From an uncultured Chthonomonadaceae bacterium (GTDB lineage Bacteria > Armatimonadota > Chthonomonadetes > Chthonomonadales > Chthonomonadaceae), in assembly GCA_963835065.1 (NCBI GenBank), contig CAWIEK010000049.1, positions 480,001 to 544,000 of the forward strand: DNA of 64,000 nt, written 5' to 3'. Below the pieces are notes generated by a model. That model was not told where the DNA came from, searched no databases, and was given only the letters and a program-made list of their open reading frames with translations. The translations under genes were made by a program, and so were the position numbers. Shown here one piece after another: positions 8,809 through 20,317 of this stretch (position 1 is its first letter; every line of letters begins with the position of its first letter).

Positions 8809-11537
8809 GGCGTAGGGCGGCCCTGTGTTGAAGTTCCCGAGTGGCGCATTCTTTGCGGCGGGTTCATTTGCGTTGGGCTGCTTTGCATTAGAGTTTTCCG
8901 GCGCCGCATTGTCCTGCCCTGCCGCTTTTTGCGCCGCTTCCGCGTCCGCTTGCTGCTCCTGATGGAAGGTCGTCTGCTCTGCCTGCCACCTGCGCGCGGG
9001 CTGCGTTTTCGGTCCCGCCCTGCTGCTGTAAAGCCTTTTGCCATTCCGTTAGAACCTGATCGTACAGCGTGGTCAACCCGGCTGCTTTTTCGGGATTTTG
9101 CGCGCGCTGTAATTGGTAAATCTCGTAGCCGCGATGCTGCCAGTAAGCGCGAAGCAATCCGGCGGCTTTCTCGAACTGCGCCGCCGCTTCCTTTGCCTGC
9201 TGCCGCTCCAACAGCCATTTGCCAAGCCGCGCATGGGCAAAAGCGAACTCGGTTTCCGTCGCTTCCGGCATTGCGCGTACCGTACCGACAGGTGTTGCTT
9301 CCAGGCCGGCCATCTCCTGATAGGTTTGCGCAGACTGCGCCGCATTTCCCGATAAAGCCTGCGTTTCAGCCAGCGCGCGCAGGGTTTGCAGGTTATGCGG
9401 ATCATATATCGCGGGCGTTTTGCAGGGCGTCCAGAGCCGGCTTGTACGCAGTCGCGGCTCCTCCCTGCAAAACGCCGCTCAGGGCAAGCGGAGCATCGTT
9501 ACCGGAACTGTTTGCGCCTCCCAAAGCCTGCCGAATAGCCTGTCGCTTGTAAAACTGCCCTAACTGGTAGTACGCTTTGCCGGAGGGCGCAATTCGCGTT
9601 GCCTGCTCCAGCGCCATTCTCGCTTTATCCGGTTCTCCCATCATCTGGTATAGGCTGCTTGCTTTCGCCAGCGGTTCCGACGTAAACGGGTCTATATTCG
9701 CCGCAGACTGATAACTGTGCAGGGCGTTTTGCAGGCTGTCCCGCGCTCCCGCCGCGCCCTGCGCCTGCTGCTCCTGAAACTCGGCTACCGACAGCATGGC
9801 CTGCGCCGCCTGCAACCGCGATAGATAGGTCACGCCCCCGCGCCATGCCAGCAGCAGCGCGACAACGCCACACGCCGCCAACATTCCCTTCGACAAGGGA
9901 CGGGGCTTTTGCGTTGCAAGCGGGGCAATGTCCCGCGCCTGCGCCGTCAGAAGCCCGACAACCGCGCTCAGGGTCAGGGCGGTTGCCAGAATGTACCAGT
10001 CCGAATCGAACAGACTGTGCAGGATGGAACACACTATCGCCGCCAGCAATCCGGCTAATAGCAGGCGAGGCTCTTCAAACAATTGCCGATTGCCGATTGC
10101 CGATTTTCGATTTTCGATTTTCGATTTTCGATTTTCGATTTGGGCAGATGGCGTTGTGTTTTCCGGTAATTCTATATCGTTGATGTAGAGGTCGTTGGTG
10201 GCGGGATGCGCTTGTGACGTTGGGGCGTTTTTGGCGTTTGCGCGTGATTTGCCGGGAGTGTTTAGAAACAGGACGTAGACGGCGAAGGCGGACGAGGCGG
10301 CGAAAACAACGAGCAGGCACAGCGCGCCGGGTACGCCGGTTTCCGCCGTCCATTGCAAAAAGCTGTTGTGGGCATGGGCGGTGGGGGCGGCAACAGCGTA
10401 GCGCGGGTAGGCGGTTTCGTAGCTGCCGATGCCGGTTCCCGTCAGCGGGTTGGCGCGCGCCATGCCCAATGTCGCCGTCCATGTCACCTGCCGGAACTTG
10501 CCGGAATGGGCCTGCGTGTCCGCCGCTTCTCCGACACTGGCAACAGCAGCCGTCGCGCTGCCCGTCGCCTGCTTGCCCGTATTCGTCAGGCGAATCAGCA
10601 GGGGCGTAGACGCCAGCAGCGCGGACAGCAGCATCACGCCCAATCCGGCAAGCAACTGTCGGCCTCGCCCTCGCACAACGCCCACGCGCAGCAGCAACAG
10701 CAGCCATCCCACTACAACCACAAACAGCATTGCCACGCCCGCCCGCGAACCCGTCAGCAACAGGCACGCGGTTTGCAGCACAAGCCCCAAACCAACTAGC
10801 AGCTTGGCTTTACTTTCGCGGGCGGACACGAAGCACGACAGCGTTAAAGGCAAGGTCAGCAGCAGATACCCGGCAAGAAAGTCGGGGTTGAGAAACGTGC
10901 CGAACACGCGATGCGCGGAATTGCCCTGCTTCCACTGATCCAGATACTCGTGAATGCCCCACGCGCCCGCCAGACTTCCCGCCGCTATAATCACGAGAAG
11001 CAATGTAATTAGCGCGTTATGGTCACGGCCCAACCGTGACGCCAGCCCGCCGACTGTCAGCGCGGCCAGCAGCATGGCCCACGTATCCAGACGCGCCGCA
11101 TTGAGGGGCGGATGCGCGAACATGGAAACTGCTGCCCAAATTGTCAGCACACATGCGCCTCCCGCCAAGCCTCCTACCGCGCCAATCGCAACCGGGCGGT
11201 GCCACTCGCGGGCTATCGTCACGCCCAACGCCAGCGCGGCCACAACGCTGAGTATGGGTACGCTCATTATTTGCAGCCAACTAATCACATCTGCGGGCGG
11301 AACGGAGTTCAACGACGTAGACGCAAACACGCCCGCCATCAAGGGAGCCAGCAACAGCGCAAAGGCGACCAGGTACAACGCGATTTTATCCAGCGACGAC
11401 AGAGCGCGCGCATCTCGTTCCTGCGCCGTTTCAGACACGGATTCAGGCGCAGGCTTCACATTCCCTACAGGGCTATCCTCAAGGCCATCTTCATCAGCAG
11501 AAATATCAACAAGTCGCAAAGGCGGTGGTTCGGTCAC
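8805..11537 (-). CDS. O-antigen ligase family membrane protein with C-terminal TPRs (frameshifted near 9405 and 8900)
   Basis: Multiple TM segments, GTFLNPDFLAGYL, TGSRAG, HAHNSFLQW; TPR tail continues in other frames. Confidence 0.8.
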
Positions 11538-12820
11538 GAAGCGTCTCCGGGGCGGCGCAAACCGGAAGCCTCCGGGGGCGCAGTCGCCGCGTTGGTTATA
11601 GTTGAGTCAGGTACAGGCGAGCCGGTTATGGCTGCGTTGGTCAGGGCTGCATTAGTTAGGGCTGCATTAGTTAGGGTTGCATTAGTTACGGATGCATTAG
11701 TTAAGGTTGGAATGTGTGGCACGGCTGATAAATTCGGCAGCGCGGAAACTTTTGGCTCAACGGGCGCAGATCTTTTTTTACGCCACGCCGCCAGTTTGCG
11801 CTGCCAGTAACGGACGCGCCAGCGCAATATCTGCCCGACTGCCCGCAGCGCGATACCCGGCAAAATCAAAGGCCGCAGCAAAAAGGACGTTTGCGCCCGA
11901 TAGTGCTTTTTATAAAACAAATACTGGCTGCGATGAAATTCATACGTCATGCGCGTCGGAGCCTGATCGCTGCTTTTGCCGATGTAATGGTAGATGATGG
12001 CGTCGGGCAGGTAGGTAACGCGCCAGGTAAGGGAACAGGGAACAGGGAACAGGGAACAGGAGTCTTTAGTTGATAGTTGATAGTTGATAGTTGATAGGAC
12101 ATCCGCTCCTTCTGTCTTCTCTTCTGTTCCCTGTTCCCTGTTCCCTGTAACCTGTAACCTGTAACCTGTTCCCTTTTCCCTCACCGAAACGTGATTGGCC
12201 CGCCAGCACAAATCTACATCCTCGCAGTACATATAATAATCTTCATCGAAGCCGCCGATCTGGTCGAGGCAGGCGCGGCGGATCATCAGGGCGGCCCCGG
12301 ATACCCAATCCACATCACGGGGCGTGGCGTGGTCCCAGTTTTTCATCAGGTAGTCGGCGGCATGGCGGTTTTTGGGCAATAGTCGTCCGAGCGGCGTGTT
12401 GTGCAGAAAGCCGGTGGCAAGATTGGGATACTGACGGCACGAGTATTGCAGGCTGCCATCCGCATTGAGCAGTTTGGGGCCGAGAATACCCACATCGGGG
12501 TTGGCGTCGGCGTAATCCACGAGGCTTTTTAACGCGCCCTCCGTCACCTGCGTATCCGAGTTCAGGAACAAAACGTAACGCCCCGCAGAAGTGGGAATGC
12601 CGACATTGTTGCCCGCGCCGAAGCCCAGGTTCATCGGGTTGGCAATCAATTTTACCTGTGGAAACTCGCGCCGTACCATATCGCGGCTGTCGTCACTGCT
12701 GGCGTTGTCCACGACAATCACTTCCACATCCAGGCCGTTGTGCGGACGTGTCAGGGTTTGCAGGCACTCCTGCAGCAGTTTGCGGGTATTCCAGTTTAGA
12801 ATGATAACGGATAAATCCAC
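11534..12820 (-). CDS. GT2 glycosyltransferase with in-frame repeat insertion and TNAAL-repeat tail
   Basis: VIILNWN, VVDNASSD, LNSDT, VSGAALM and EDVDLCWR motifs. Confidence 0.9.
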   Translation of the reverse strand: MDLSVIILNWNTRKLLQECLQTLTRPHNGLDVEVIVVDNASSDDSRDMVRREFPQVKLIANPMNLGFGAGNNVGIPTSAGRYVLFLNSDTQVTEGALKSLVDYADANPDVGILGPKLLNADGSLQYSCRQYPNLATGFLHNTPLGRLLPKNRHAADYLMKNWDHATPRDVDWVSGAALMIRRACLDQIGGFDEDYYMYCEDVDLCWRANHVSVREKGTGYRLQVTGNREQGTEEKTEGADVLSTINYQLSTKDSCSLFPVPCSLTWRVTYLPDAIIYHYIGKSSDQAPTRMTYEFHRSQYLFYKKHYRAQTSFLLRPLILPGIALRAVGQILRWRVRYWQRKLAAWRKKRSAPVEPKVSALPNLSAVPHIPTLTNASVTNATLTNAALTNAALTNAAITGSPVPDSTITNAATAPPEASGLRRPGDAS

Positions 12821-12854
12821 GTTGTTACGCTTTCTGCGCTTCCAAAACGATTTC

Positions 12855-13493
12855 CTACCGAACTTCCGGCGTCACCACAACCTTGTTGTTATCAATTGCG
12901 TCCAAAATTTGCTCCAGCGCATGACACAGCCGCCGAAATGAGCGGGAATTCGCGCGGGCTTCTGTCGTGTTTATCAGCCGCGTCAAATGGGCTTGATCTA
13001 TCGTCGGCGAGTAGTCGAATACCGGCCGGAGGCTGTTGATCAAGCCATGCTTTTACGCCGCGTCTGCTTTCCACATTGCCTGAGTACGCAAGATTGGCAG
13101 GCATCGTGTAACGCCCGCCTACATCTTGTCCCTGCAAGGCTGTCATGCTTGCGAGAAACCACGCCTCATACTCGCAAGCCGCAATGACTACAGCCACCGG
13201 CTGCCGCAAGCCATGCGCTTGAACGCGGCTGCAAAGGTCTTTGCGCCAACGTCATCGCGCACGCATCATCGGCATCCAGCAGTATCAAACGGCGGCACAA
13301 TCCGGTTCTCGGTATGCTGCGTTCAGGAACTTCTCCACGCCGCTGGCGGCTAACAAATTACTACTCCCTTCGCTACAAGAGGAGTAGCAACAAAGAGGTC
13401 GTAGCTGCCTAATTCGCGCAGTATCTTATAGCAAAGCGCAGGCACAGCCTTCTTTTCGCCTTCCCCTTCCACAACAGGCACGATTTTAGGCAT
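12855..13493 (-). pseudogene. DUF4276-like protein, multiply frameshifted
   Basis: Start MPKIVPVVEGEGEKKAVP; fragments EYEAWFLAS, YSPTIDQAHLT, SRSFRRL. Confidence 0.55.
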
Positions 13494-14711
13494 TGCTTGC
13501 GCTCACCGGTTCAGCAGGGCAGGCTGCGCAACCCTTCAATTCGCAGCAAATCCCCTGTTGTAAACAGGTGATCGTTGATAATCCTTCGCTGCACCTCATC
13601 TACGGCCCGATCAGTGCGTTAAGCCATCCTCGCATTTCCACAACCCGCAAAGTGCTCTACATCGAACTCAGAAATGAAATCCGGGCTTTGCGTGGTAACA
13701 ATGATTTGAGATTCTGCCGGCGGCTTCTTTGACAACATCTGCCACAATGGCATTGAGTTGGGGCCGGATGCAAACCTATTTCAGGTTCTTCAACGGCAAT
13801 CAAGGAGAACGTTGCGGGGAGCAAGTAAGCTCTGGTAAAGAGCGGTTAATACGGCTAACAACCGAATGGTTCCAGTCTGATTCCTGAGCCAGTTCAAACA
13901 CGAGGGGCCATCTTCCAGTAATGCACGCGACATATGCTGCAATTGTATTGTACAGATAGCTTCCAATCGAATTCGTATACGAATCTTCTCTACATCGTCT
14001 AATGCTGACTTTCAAAGCGCGCGTGTCACTATCAGGTAACGATCCTGTTCACCGACATTTGCTGCAATGTAGAAGCGAGATTGGTTCCGTCTTCAAACAG
14101 TAGGAAAAAAGTGCAATTTCTTCTGCGGACGCGGGAAAACATCCAGGGATGAACGCTGTAAAAATAGTAGGCTTTCAAGAAATGTTGTCACATAAATAGC
14201 AACATCCATTATCGGCACAAGCAGGTGGCAACAGCAATTGACTGACATCGAAATTGATACGTCGGAAGACGAAATGAGCGGCCAATGGAAAGTAGCGGCT
14301 GGAAGGCGAACTTTCCATTTTTCGCCTTCGATTTCAAAACAGTGTTTGGCAGAGGCTTCGCTTGATCCCTGCCGCAAGAATTCATTTGTACACGGCATAA
14401 GTACTGTCATCGGTTCAGAAGAAATTGCAAAGCCGTATTCTGCGCAAAGTGCTTCCGCTTCGATATGGAGAACTAGAAGGATCATGCGCACAAGACCATC
14501 AGGCTTTCCAACGCACGAATTCTCCCAAGCCCCTCGCTTGACGTACCGCTTCCTCAACATTGCTTCGCAAAGCATCCCGCACAAAACGCAAAGCGTCTAT
14601 GAACGCGCTTTTACCCGCGCCATTGCGCCCGACCAAGACCGTCAGCGGGCCAAGCGTGACATCCACATCGGCCAGACTGCGAAAATTTTTCACACGAACG
14701 CGCGTAATCAC
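13490..14711 (-). pseudogene. AAA_21/ABC-type ATPase, multiply frameshifted
   Basis: N-terminus (V)ITRVRVKNFRSL...VGRNGAGKS (Walker A); garbled ESDG-like and VEEPE (Walker B) remnants near 13780-13890. Confidence 0.65.
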
Positions 14712-14803
14712 GAAACACCTTCCTTTAGAAGTGATGAACAATGAGTGATGAATAGAATTCTGCTTCATCATTCGTCATACGCCGCTTGCTTATTCATCAT
14801 TCA

Positions 14804-15727
14804 TCACTCATTGTTCATCACTTGCTTGTGTCTTTTCCGCGCTTGCAGCCAGGCGTGGGGCCAGGATGCGGCGGCGATGAGCAGGCGCAGGGGCCAGAAC
14901 CAGACAGCGCGGTAGTGCTTGGCGTAGAAGCGCAAAAGCCCACGCCGCGACTCCCAGGCCATTGCGCTGCCGACTTGGACGGTACTCGCGCCGCCATAGT
15001 GGATAATCTCGACTTCGGGCGTGAACCAGATTTTCCAGCCCGCCCGCTTGCAGCGCAGGCACCAGTCCACTTCGTTGAAGAAAATCGGGAAGGCCAAATC
15101 CATCAGGCCGACTTCTTCTATGGTTTGACGGCGCAGCAGCAGAAAAGTGCCCATCGGCTGATCCACTTCCGCTGTATGCGCGTAATCGAACCACGTCATA
15201 CGGTACGCGCCGAACACGCGGCTGCCTGGCAGCAGGCGGCTCAGGCCAAGCAGTTCCCATAGTACCGCCATAGGAGTCGGAAACCCGCGCACCGATTTTT
15301 GCAGGCTGCCGTCCGGGTGTACTTGCCGAACGCCCAACGCGCCCGCGTCAGGATGTTGTTCCATAAACGCGACGGCTTTTTCCAGCCCGCCGGGCGGCAA
15401 AATCACGTCTGGGTTCAATAACAGATTATACGCAGAACGCGCGCGTTGCAACGCCTGATTATTGCCTTCCGCGTAACCGGTATTGTCCTCATTGGCGATA
15501 AGCCGCGCCTGTGGAAACCGTTCCCGAACCGCCGCCGCGCTGCCATCATGCGAATTATTGTCAACGACAATCACTTCAAACCCAAAATTAGGCGGCGTGT
15601 CGTAAATACTGGCAAGCGCGCCGAGCAGCAAATCCCGCGTGTTCCAGTTGACGATGCAAATGGAGAGGAGGGTGTTCGGGTATTCGGTATTCAGGTGTTC
15701 AGGTATTCGGGTATTCAGGTTATCCAT
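14804..15727 (-). CDS. GT2 glycosyltransferase
   Basis: IVNWN, VVDNNSHD, LLNPD, EVDWCLR; paralogous to 11534-12820. Confidence 0.9.
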   Translation of the reverse strand: MDNLNTRIPEHLNTEYPNTLLSICIVNWNTRDLLLGALASIYDTPPNFGFEVIVVDNNSHDGSAAAVRERFPQARLIANEDNTGYAEGNNQALQRARSAYNLLLNPDVILPPGGLEKAVAFMEQHPDAGALGVRQVHPDGSLQKSVRGFPTPMAVLWELLGLSRLLPGSRVFGAYRMTWFDYAHTAEVDQPMGTFLLLRRQTIEEVGLMDLAFPIFFNEVDWCLRCKRAGWKIWFTPEVEIIHYGGASTVQVGSAMAWESRRGLLRFYAKHYRAVWFWPLRLLIAAASWPHAWLQARKRHKQVMNNE

Positions 15728-15772
15728 ATGCCTATTCCGCGTTCGCTGCCCAACGGTAAAACGTCATGCAAG

Positions 15773-16516
15773 TTACGCCTCTGCCTGAACACCTGAATAC
15801 CCGAATACCTGAACACCTGACCACAGTTCGCCCACATCTTTGAGCAGAACATCGGGTGGGCAGGCGGCAAAGGCTTCGGGCTGCTGCTTGCGCAAGAAGC
15901 CCATTGTATGCATTTTAGCCGCGCGTCCGGCCTGTATATCCATAACGTGATCGCCCGCCATCAGGCAGTTTTGCGCCTGCAGGCGGCGTTCGGGAAACTT
16001 GGTTTGCAGGACGCGCAGGGCATCCATCAGATGGCCGGGGTGCGGCTTCACCTGTTCCACGTCCTCGCGGGACAGCAAAACGTCGCACTGCAAATCGCCT
16101 TCCACGAGCAGGCGGTCTGAAACCATGCGGCAATTGCGGGTAACGATGCCAATGGGAACACTCCGCCGGTTCAGGTAAGAAAGCAATTTGGATGCGCCGG
16201 ACAGTAAAACAGGATCGGCGCACTGCGCGGCCTCCTGCGCGGCCAGCATCGCAAACGCCGCGTCATGAAAGTTTTTGTGCGCCCCGCTCATCGTGATGCT
16301 TTGCAAAATCGCCGTGACGCGCTCCACAATCGAAAGAATGTCCATATCGCGCATATAATCTGTTTCTACGCCCCACTCCACGCCCAATGCCAGAGTCTTC
16401 TGCTTCATCTCAACAAAGTCAATATGCGTTTCAATCAGCGTGTTATCCAGATCAAACAAAACCGCGTCGCTTTGCAGCAGCAGGCGAACCGCCTTTTCAA
16501 TCATTTCGATGTGCAT
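15773..16516 (-). CDS. HAD family hydrolase
   Basis: FDLDNTL, VTRN, KPHP and GDHVMD motifs. Confidence 0.9.
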   Translation of the reverse strand: MHIEMIEKAVRLLLQSDAVLFDLDNTLIETHIDFVEMKQKTLALGVEWGVETDYMRDMDILSIVERVTAILQSITMSGAHKNFHDAAFAMLAAQEAAQCADPVLLSGASKLLSYLNRRSVPIGIVTRNCRMVSDRLLVEGDLQCDVLLSREDVEQVKPHPGHLMDALRVLQTKFPERRLQAQNCLMAGDHVMDIQAGRAAKMHTMGFLRKQQPEAFAACPPDVLLKDVGELWSGVQVFGYSGVQAEA

Positions 16517-16607
16517 TACTCCTTAATATTTTGCCTTCCGGTTTTTCGTTTTGGTTCGCGTATTTCGCGGTTCCTCTCTCCTTTTCTCCTTCTCTTCTTT
16601 TCTTTTC

Positions 16608-16648
16608 CTCTGTGCCCCCTCTGTGTCTCTGTGCCTCTGTGGTGAAGG
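16608..16648. repeat. 41-bp dispersed repeat; second copy at 46960-47000
   Basis: ctctgtg(c/a)cccctctgtgtctctgtgcctctgtggtgaagg at both sites. Confidence 0.85.
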
Positions 16649-16651
16649 TTC

Positions 16652-18631
16652 CTATTTCCCCGCGATGGCAGGCAGGATGTACCCCAGTTGGCGCAAGCCC
16701 TTACGGAAGGCGGCTTCGTTTTCCGCGCTGACGACAATAAAGCGCTCCCCGGCGGGCTGGCAGTAACGCTTGGTGCGCGGGTCGTGGACAATCAGCAGGG
16801 CCGTGTCCTTGTCGGCGCACTCAATCAGCCGCGCCATGCCCCGATCTAAGACGCGGCGGCTGCGTTCCTCCACATCGTCCAGAAACCGCGCAATCACATC
16901 GGGCAGTTCGTTTTCACTGCGCGTTTGCAGCAGTTCGCGCAGTTCTTTCAGGTCGCGCCCGCTTTCCACCGCTCCCAGCATCTTCGCCTGATCCAATTTC
17001 CACACGCGCTCGGAACTCTTTTCCGCGTACAGGCTCAAAATCAATACTTCTCCCGCTGCCGCCTCCAAATCCGTAATCACCACATCCCGGTTGGGCAGGA
17101 CGCGCAGAGTCGGGCGGTGTTCCTGCGGGGCAAGCGCATAGGTTTCCGTCAGGCCCAGGCAGTACGCGCCCAGCGCATTCAGGCGCAGGTATAGCAGGCC
17201 GTCATAGCGGCTGAAAAAGTCCAGTTCGTCCGTTCCCCACAATTCGGAATAGTCCGAACGGACGCCTGCAGGCTGCGTATATGCCACATCAATCAAGCCA
17301 AGCGTGGCCGCGTACTCGAACAGGAAGCACAGCGTATAGCGTCCCTGCAAAACATTCCACGAACTCTCCCCGCCGGCATCTCCCAGGCTGCCATACTGCG
17401 CGGACTCAATATACAGGCTCCATTCATCACGGGTTACTTCAAAATCGTGTTCGGCATGAAGGTAGCGCAAAAAAGCGTCCACAGACACCCATTTCCCAAC
17501 CGGGCAGACCCGCAGCATTTGCCCAATAGCCTCGCGGCGGCCTTTGGGCGCGGTCAATCCTTTTTGGCCGTTGCCCGTCTGCCCACGTATGTTGTTGATA
17601 CGCCGCAGTTCATCATACAAAGACGACTTCAGCCAACTTTGCCACAGTCCGCGCAGGGTTTCCGAGGGAGCAGCCAGCAGAGTCTTTTGGCCGTTGGGCG
17701 TCAGGGCAAGTTTTTTACCGTTCAGCGCGGCCAGTCTTCCCGCCTGCACCAGAAGGGGCCAAGCAAACGCCTTGACCGGCCCGACGGCCTCCTCCTCTTC
17801 CTCACGCCAGGGAGAAGCGTTTGGATGCTGACCTTTGGGCCGGCTGCCGAACGCCGTCATTTCCAGGGGTGTGGGTTCGTCACCATCCGCGTCTTCGTCC
17901 TCATCTGTTTCCTCAGCCGCGCCGGGCATGTTGTCGTAGAAGTCGCCGCCGTGCAGCAACGCGCCCACTGCTTTGACCGCGCCCGCCGTTGCCAGATTCG
18001 TCTTCTCACTGACAGCGATTTTGCCCGCGCTGATGAGCCGCAGCACGACGGACGCATCCTGCAAAGCGTCCCGCTCTGTTTCCCGCCGGACAATCGGCAG
18101 CGGCGTGATGACATTGGAATACTTTTTGGTCCCGTAGTCATACCGCTTTTCCGCCAGCCCATACAGGGCGGGGATGTCGTCGAGCGTTTGCAGCGTCAGG
18201 GGCGGCGGGATTGGCACAAACGCCTTCAGGCGCGGCTTCAAGTCTGCGGGCAGCAGATCGCGGTGCAGGAACATACTCAGCAGCGCAGTTTCTTCCTTAT
18301 ACCCATTTTGCCAGCTTCCCCGTGTGCCGAAATAGGGAGTTTTGCCATACTTTGCGCGGAACCGGACGGCATCGTAGCGGCCATCTGAGGCGTATAAAGC
18401 CTCTGCCACTGCCGCCTGCTGCGTCGCGTCCAGGCGATCCCAGGCTTCGCGCAGTTTCGCCCCGTCCATCTGCGCCACCAGAAGGTCAATGATTGCGGAC
18501 TTGCGCGTTGGCCGTTCCGCCGTCTTGAACAGCGCAAGCAGTTGCTTCAAACTGTCTATGGTATAAATTTCCAGCGCGTCTTTCAGCGTGGCGTAGGCAA
18601 CCATTTCCTGATAGGAACTCATTCTGTGCAT
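16652..18631 (-). CDS. Helicase-associated (XPB-binding, Helicase_C_3-like) domain protein
   Basis: 659-aa ORF; C-terminal LRVLPNRDVV...VWKLDQ...LRELL...LP pattern. Confidence 0.6.
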   Translation of the reverse strand: MHRMSSYQEMVAYATLKDALEIYTIDSLKQLLALFKTAERPTRKSAIIDLLVAQMDGAKLREAWDRLDATQQAAVAEALYASDGRYDAVRFRAKYGKTPYFGTRGSWQNGYKEETALLSMFLHRDLLPADLKPRLKAFVPIPPPLTLQTLDDIPALYGLAEKRYDYGTKKYSNVITPLPIVRRETERDALQDASVVLRLISAGKIAVSEKTNLATAGAVKAVGALLHGGDFYDNMPGAAEETDEDEDADGDEPTPLEMTAFGSRPKGQHPNASPWREEEEEAVGPVKAFAWPLLVQAGRLAALNGKKLALTPNGQKTLLAAPSETLRGLWQSWLKSSLYDELRRINNIRGQTGNGQKGLTAPKGRREAIGQMLRVCPVGKWVSVDAFLRYLHAEHDFEVTRDEWSLYIESAQYGSLGDAGGESSWNVLQGRYTLCFLFEYAATLGLIDVAYTQPAGVRSDYSELWGTDELDFFSRYDGLLYLRLNALGAYCLGLTETYALAPQEHRPTLRVLPNRDVVITDLEAAAGEVLILSLYAEKSSERVWKLDQAKMLGAVESGRDLKELRELLQTRSENELPDVIARFLDDVEERSRRVLDRGMARLIECADKDTALLIVHDPRTKRYCQPAGERFIVVSAENEAAFRKGLRQLGYILPAIAGK

Positions 18632-18727
18632 CCTTCGATGAGGGATATATGTCCATCAGTATACCGCTAAACTTCTGCCAACAGGTCTCCGGGATGGCCG
18701 AACAATCCGTAATGGCATCAACAAGAC

Positions 18728-18756
18728 TTGACAAGTCTGCCAAATCCGTTCATACT
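18728..18756 (+). promoter_or_regulatory. Sigma70-type promoter with overlapping palindrome
   Basis: TTGACA-17 nt-CATACT; AGACTTG-a-CAAGTCT inverted repeat (18724-18738) covers the -35 element. Confidence 0.5.
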
Positions 18757-18866
18757 AAACTCGCCTCGCACACATCTTCGCAGTTTATTCGATTTTGAGT
18801 CTGACGTTGCCGCTCACGGTTTCCTCCCCACCAACCGGAACCACGTTCCTCCCAGGAGATATTTTC

Positions 18867-20241
18867 ATGGTTTTTCATCGCTTCACACCGTCCTGTTTCT
18901 CACATTCTACGCGACGCGCCGCAAGCCTATTGCTTGTTTCCGCTTTCGCCGCCACCGCCACCACCCGCGCCCAAACACCTCCCTCCCCCAACCCCAACAC
19001 TCAACTCCCAACCTGCTTCCCCAATCGCAATCCAATCGGCAATCGGCAATGAAGAATTGCGCGGCATGTGGGTCATCTGCGACAGCCTGGAATCGCCCGC
19101 GTCCATTCATCAGGTAATCGTCACGGCGAAGAAATACGGATTGAACGCGCTGTTTGTGCAGGTGCGCTCTCGCGGGGATGCCTGGTACAATTCATCGTAT
19201 GAACCCCGCGCCGAAGGCTTGAGCGGGCAGCCGCGCAGTTTTGATCCTCTGACGCAGATGGTTGCGGAAGGACACGAGGCGGGGCTGGAAATCCATGCCT
19301 GGCTCAATACCTTCATTACCTGGAGCAAGCCGCGCCGTCCCCGCAGCCCGCAGCACGTTTGGAACGCGCACCCGGAGTGGTTTTCCCATGACTGGCACGG
19401 ACGGCTTTCCACCGCCAACACGGAAGACTGCGAGGGCGTGTTCCTGCAGCCCAGCAACCCGCAGGTGCAGCAGCATCTTTTCAACGTGTTTACCGATGTG
19501 GCCGCCCGCTACGACGTGGACGGCATCCACTTCGATTATGTGCGCTACCCTAACACCACGTATGATTTTTCCGGTTCTACGCTGGCCCGCTTCGCCGCTT
19601 ATATGCGAACGGACACGGACGCGGCGACCATTCAGAAACTCGACGCCCGACTGAAGCACGATCCGAAAGCCTATGTTCATGCGTTCGGCAGGCAATGGGA
19701 GGATTGGCGGCGGGCGCAGGTGACGGGACTGGTAACGCGCATTTCGCAGGCAGTGAAGGCCAACAAGCCCTGGATGCAGGTCTCGGCAGCCGTGTTTCCC
19801 GACGCCAAAGATGCGTCTACGGATCGGGGGCAGGACTGGATGGCCTGGCTGCACGAGGGCGTACTGGACTCGGTTTCGCTGATGGCCTACAATACCAGCA
19901 CGGCGCGGATCGTGGAGCAGACAAAGCGCGCGGTTGCCATAGCGGGCGAGCGCAAAGTGTATACGGGTATCGGCGCATGGCGCTTGTCCGCCCACGACGT
20001 AGCGGCGAAAATCGCCAAAGTGCGGCAGGCGGGCGCGTCGGGCGTCAACCTGTTCTCTTACGACGAAGTTCACAACCGCCGCCAATACCTGAGTACGCTA
20101 TCACGGGGCGTGTTTGCCAGTCGCTCGGCTCCCCCGCGTATGCGCTGGCTGCCCTCCCGGAGCGGAAGCGTCAACCGGAACGGCCAGAACCCGGAACAGT
20201 CCAAACCGGAACAAACCAAACCGGAACAAACCCAACCGTAG
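18867..20241 (+). CDS. Glycoside hydrolase-like 10 (GHL10/DUF187) family, exported; frameshift in the N-terminal repeat region
   Basis: ELRGMWV, FVQVRSRGDAWY, EIHAW, YDVDGIHFDYVRYP; signal peptide from ATG 18867 in another frame. Confidence 0.85.
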
Positions 20242-20317
20242 GTTACAACATTGGCGCAGAACAAACAGAGGCGCGACACCCGGCTTATAAGAATCCGGTT
20301 CCAACAAAGGAGACACG

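Noticed and set aside
11620..11705. 15-bp tandem repeats (TNAAL) in the GT2 tail, and PEQTK repeats at ~20190-20235
   Set aside because: Ordinary in-frame minisatellites in disordered C-terminal tails.
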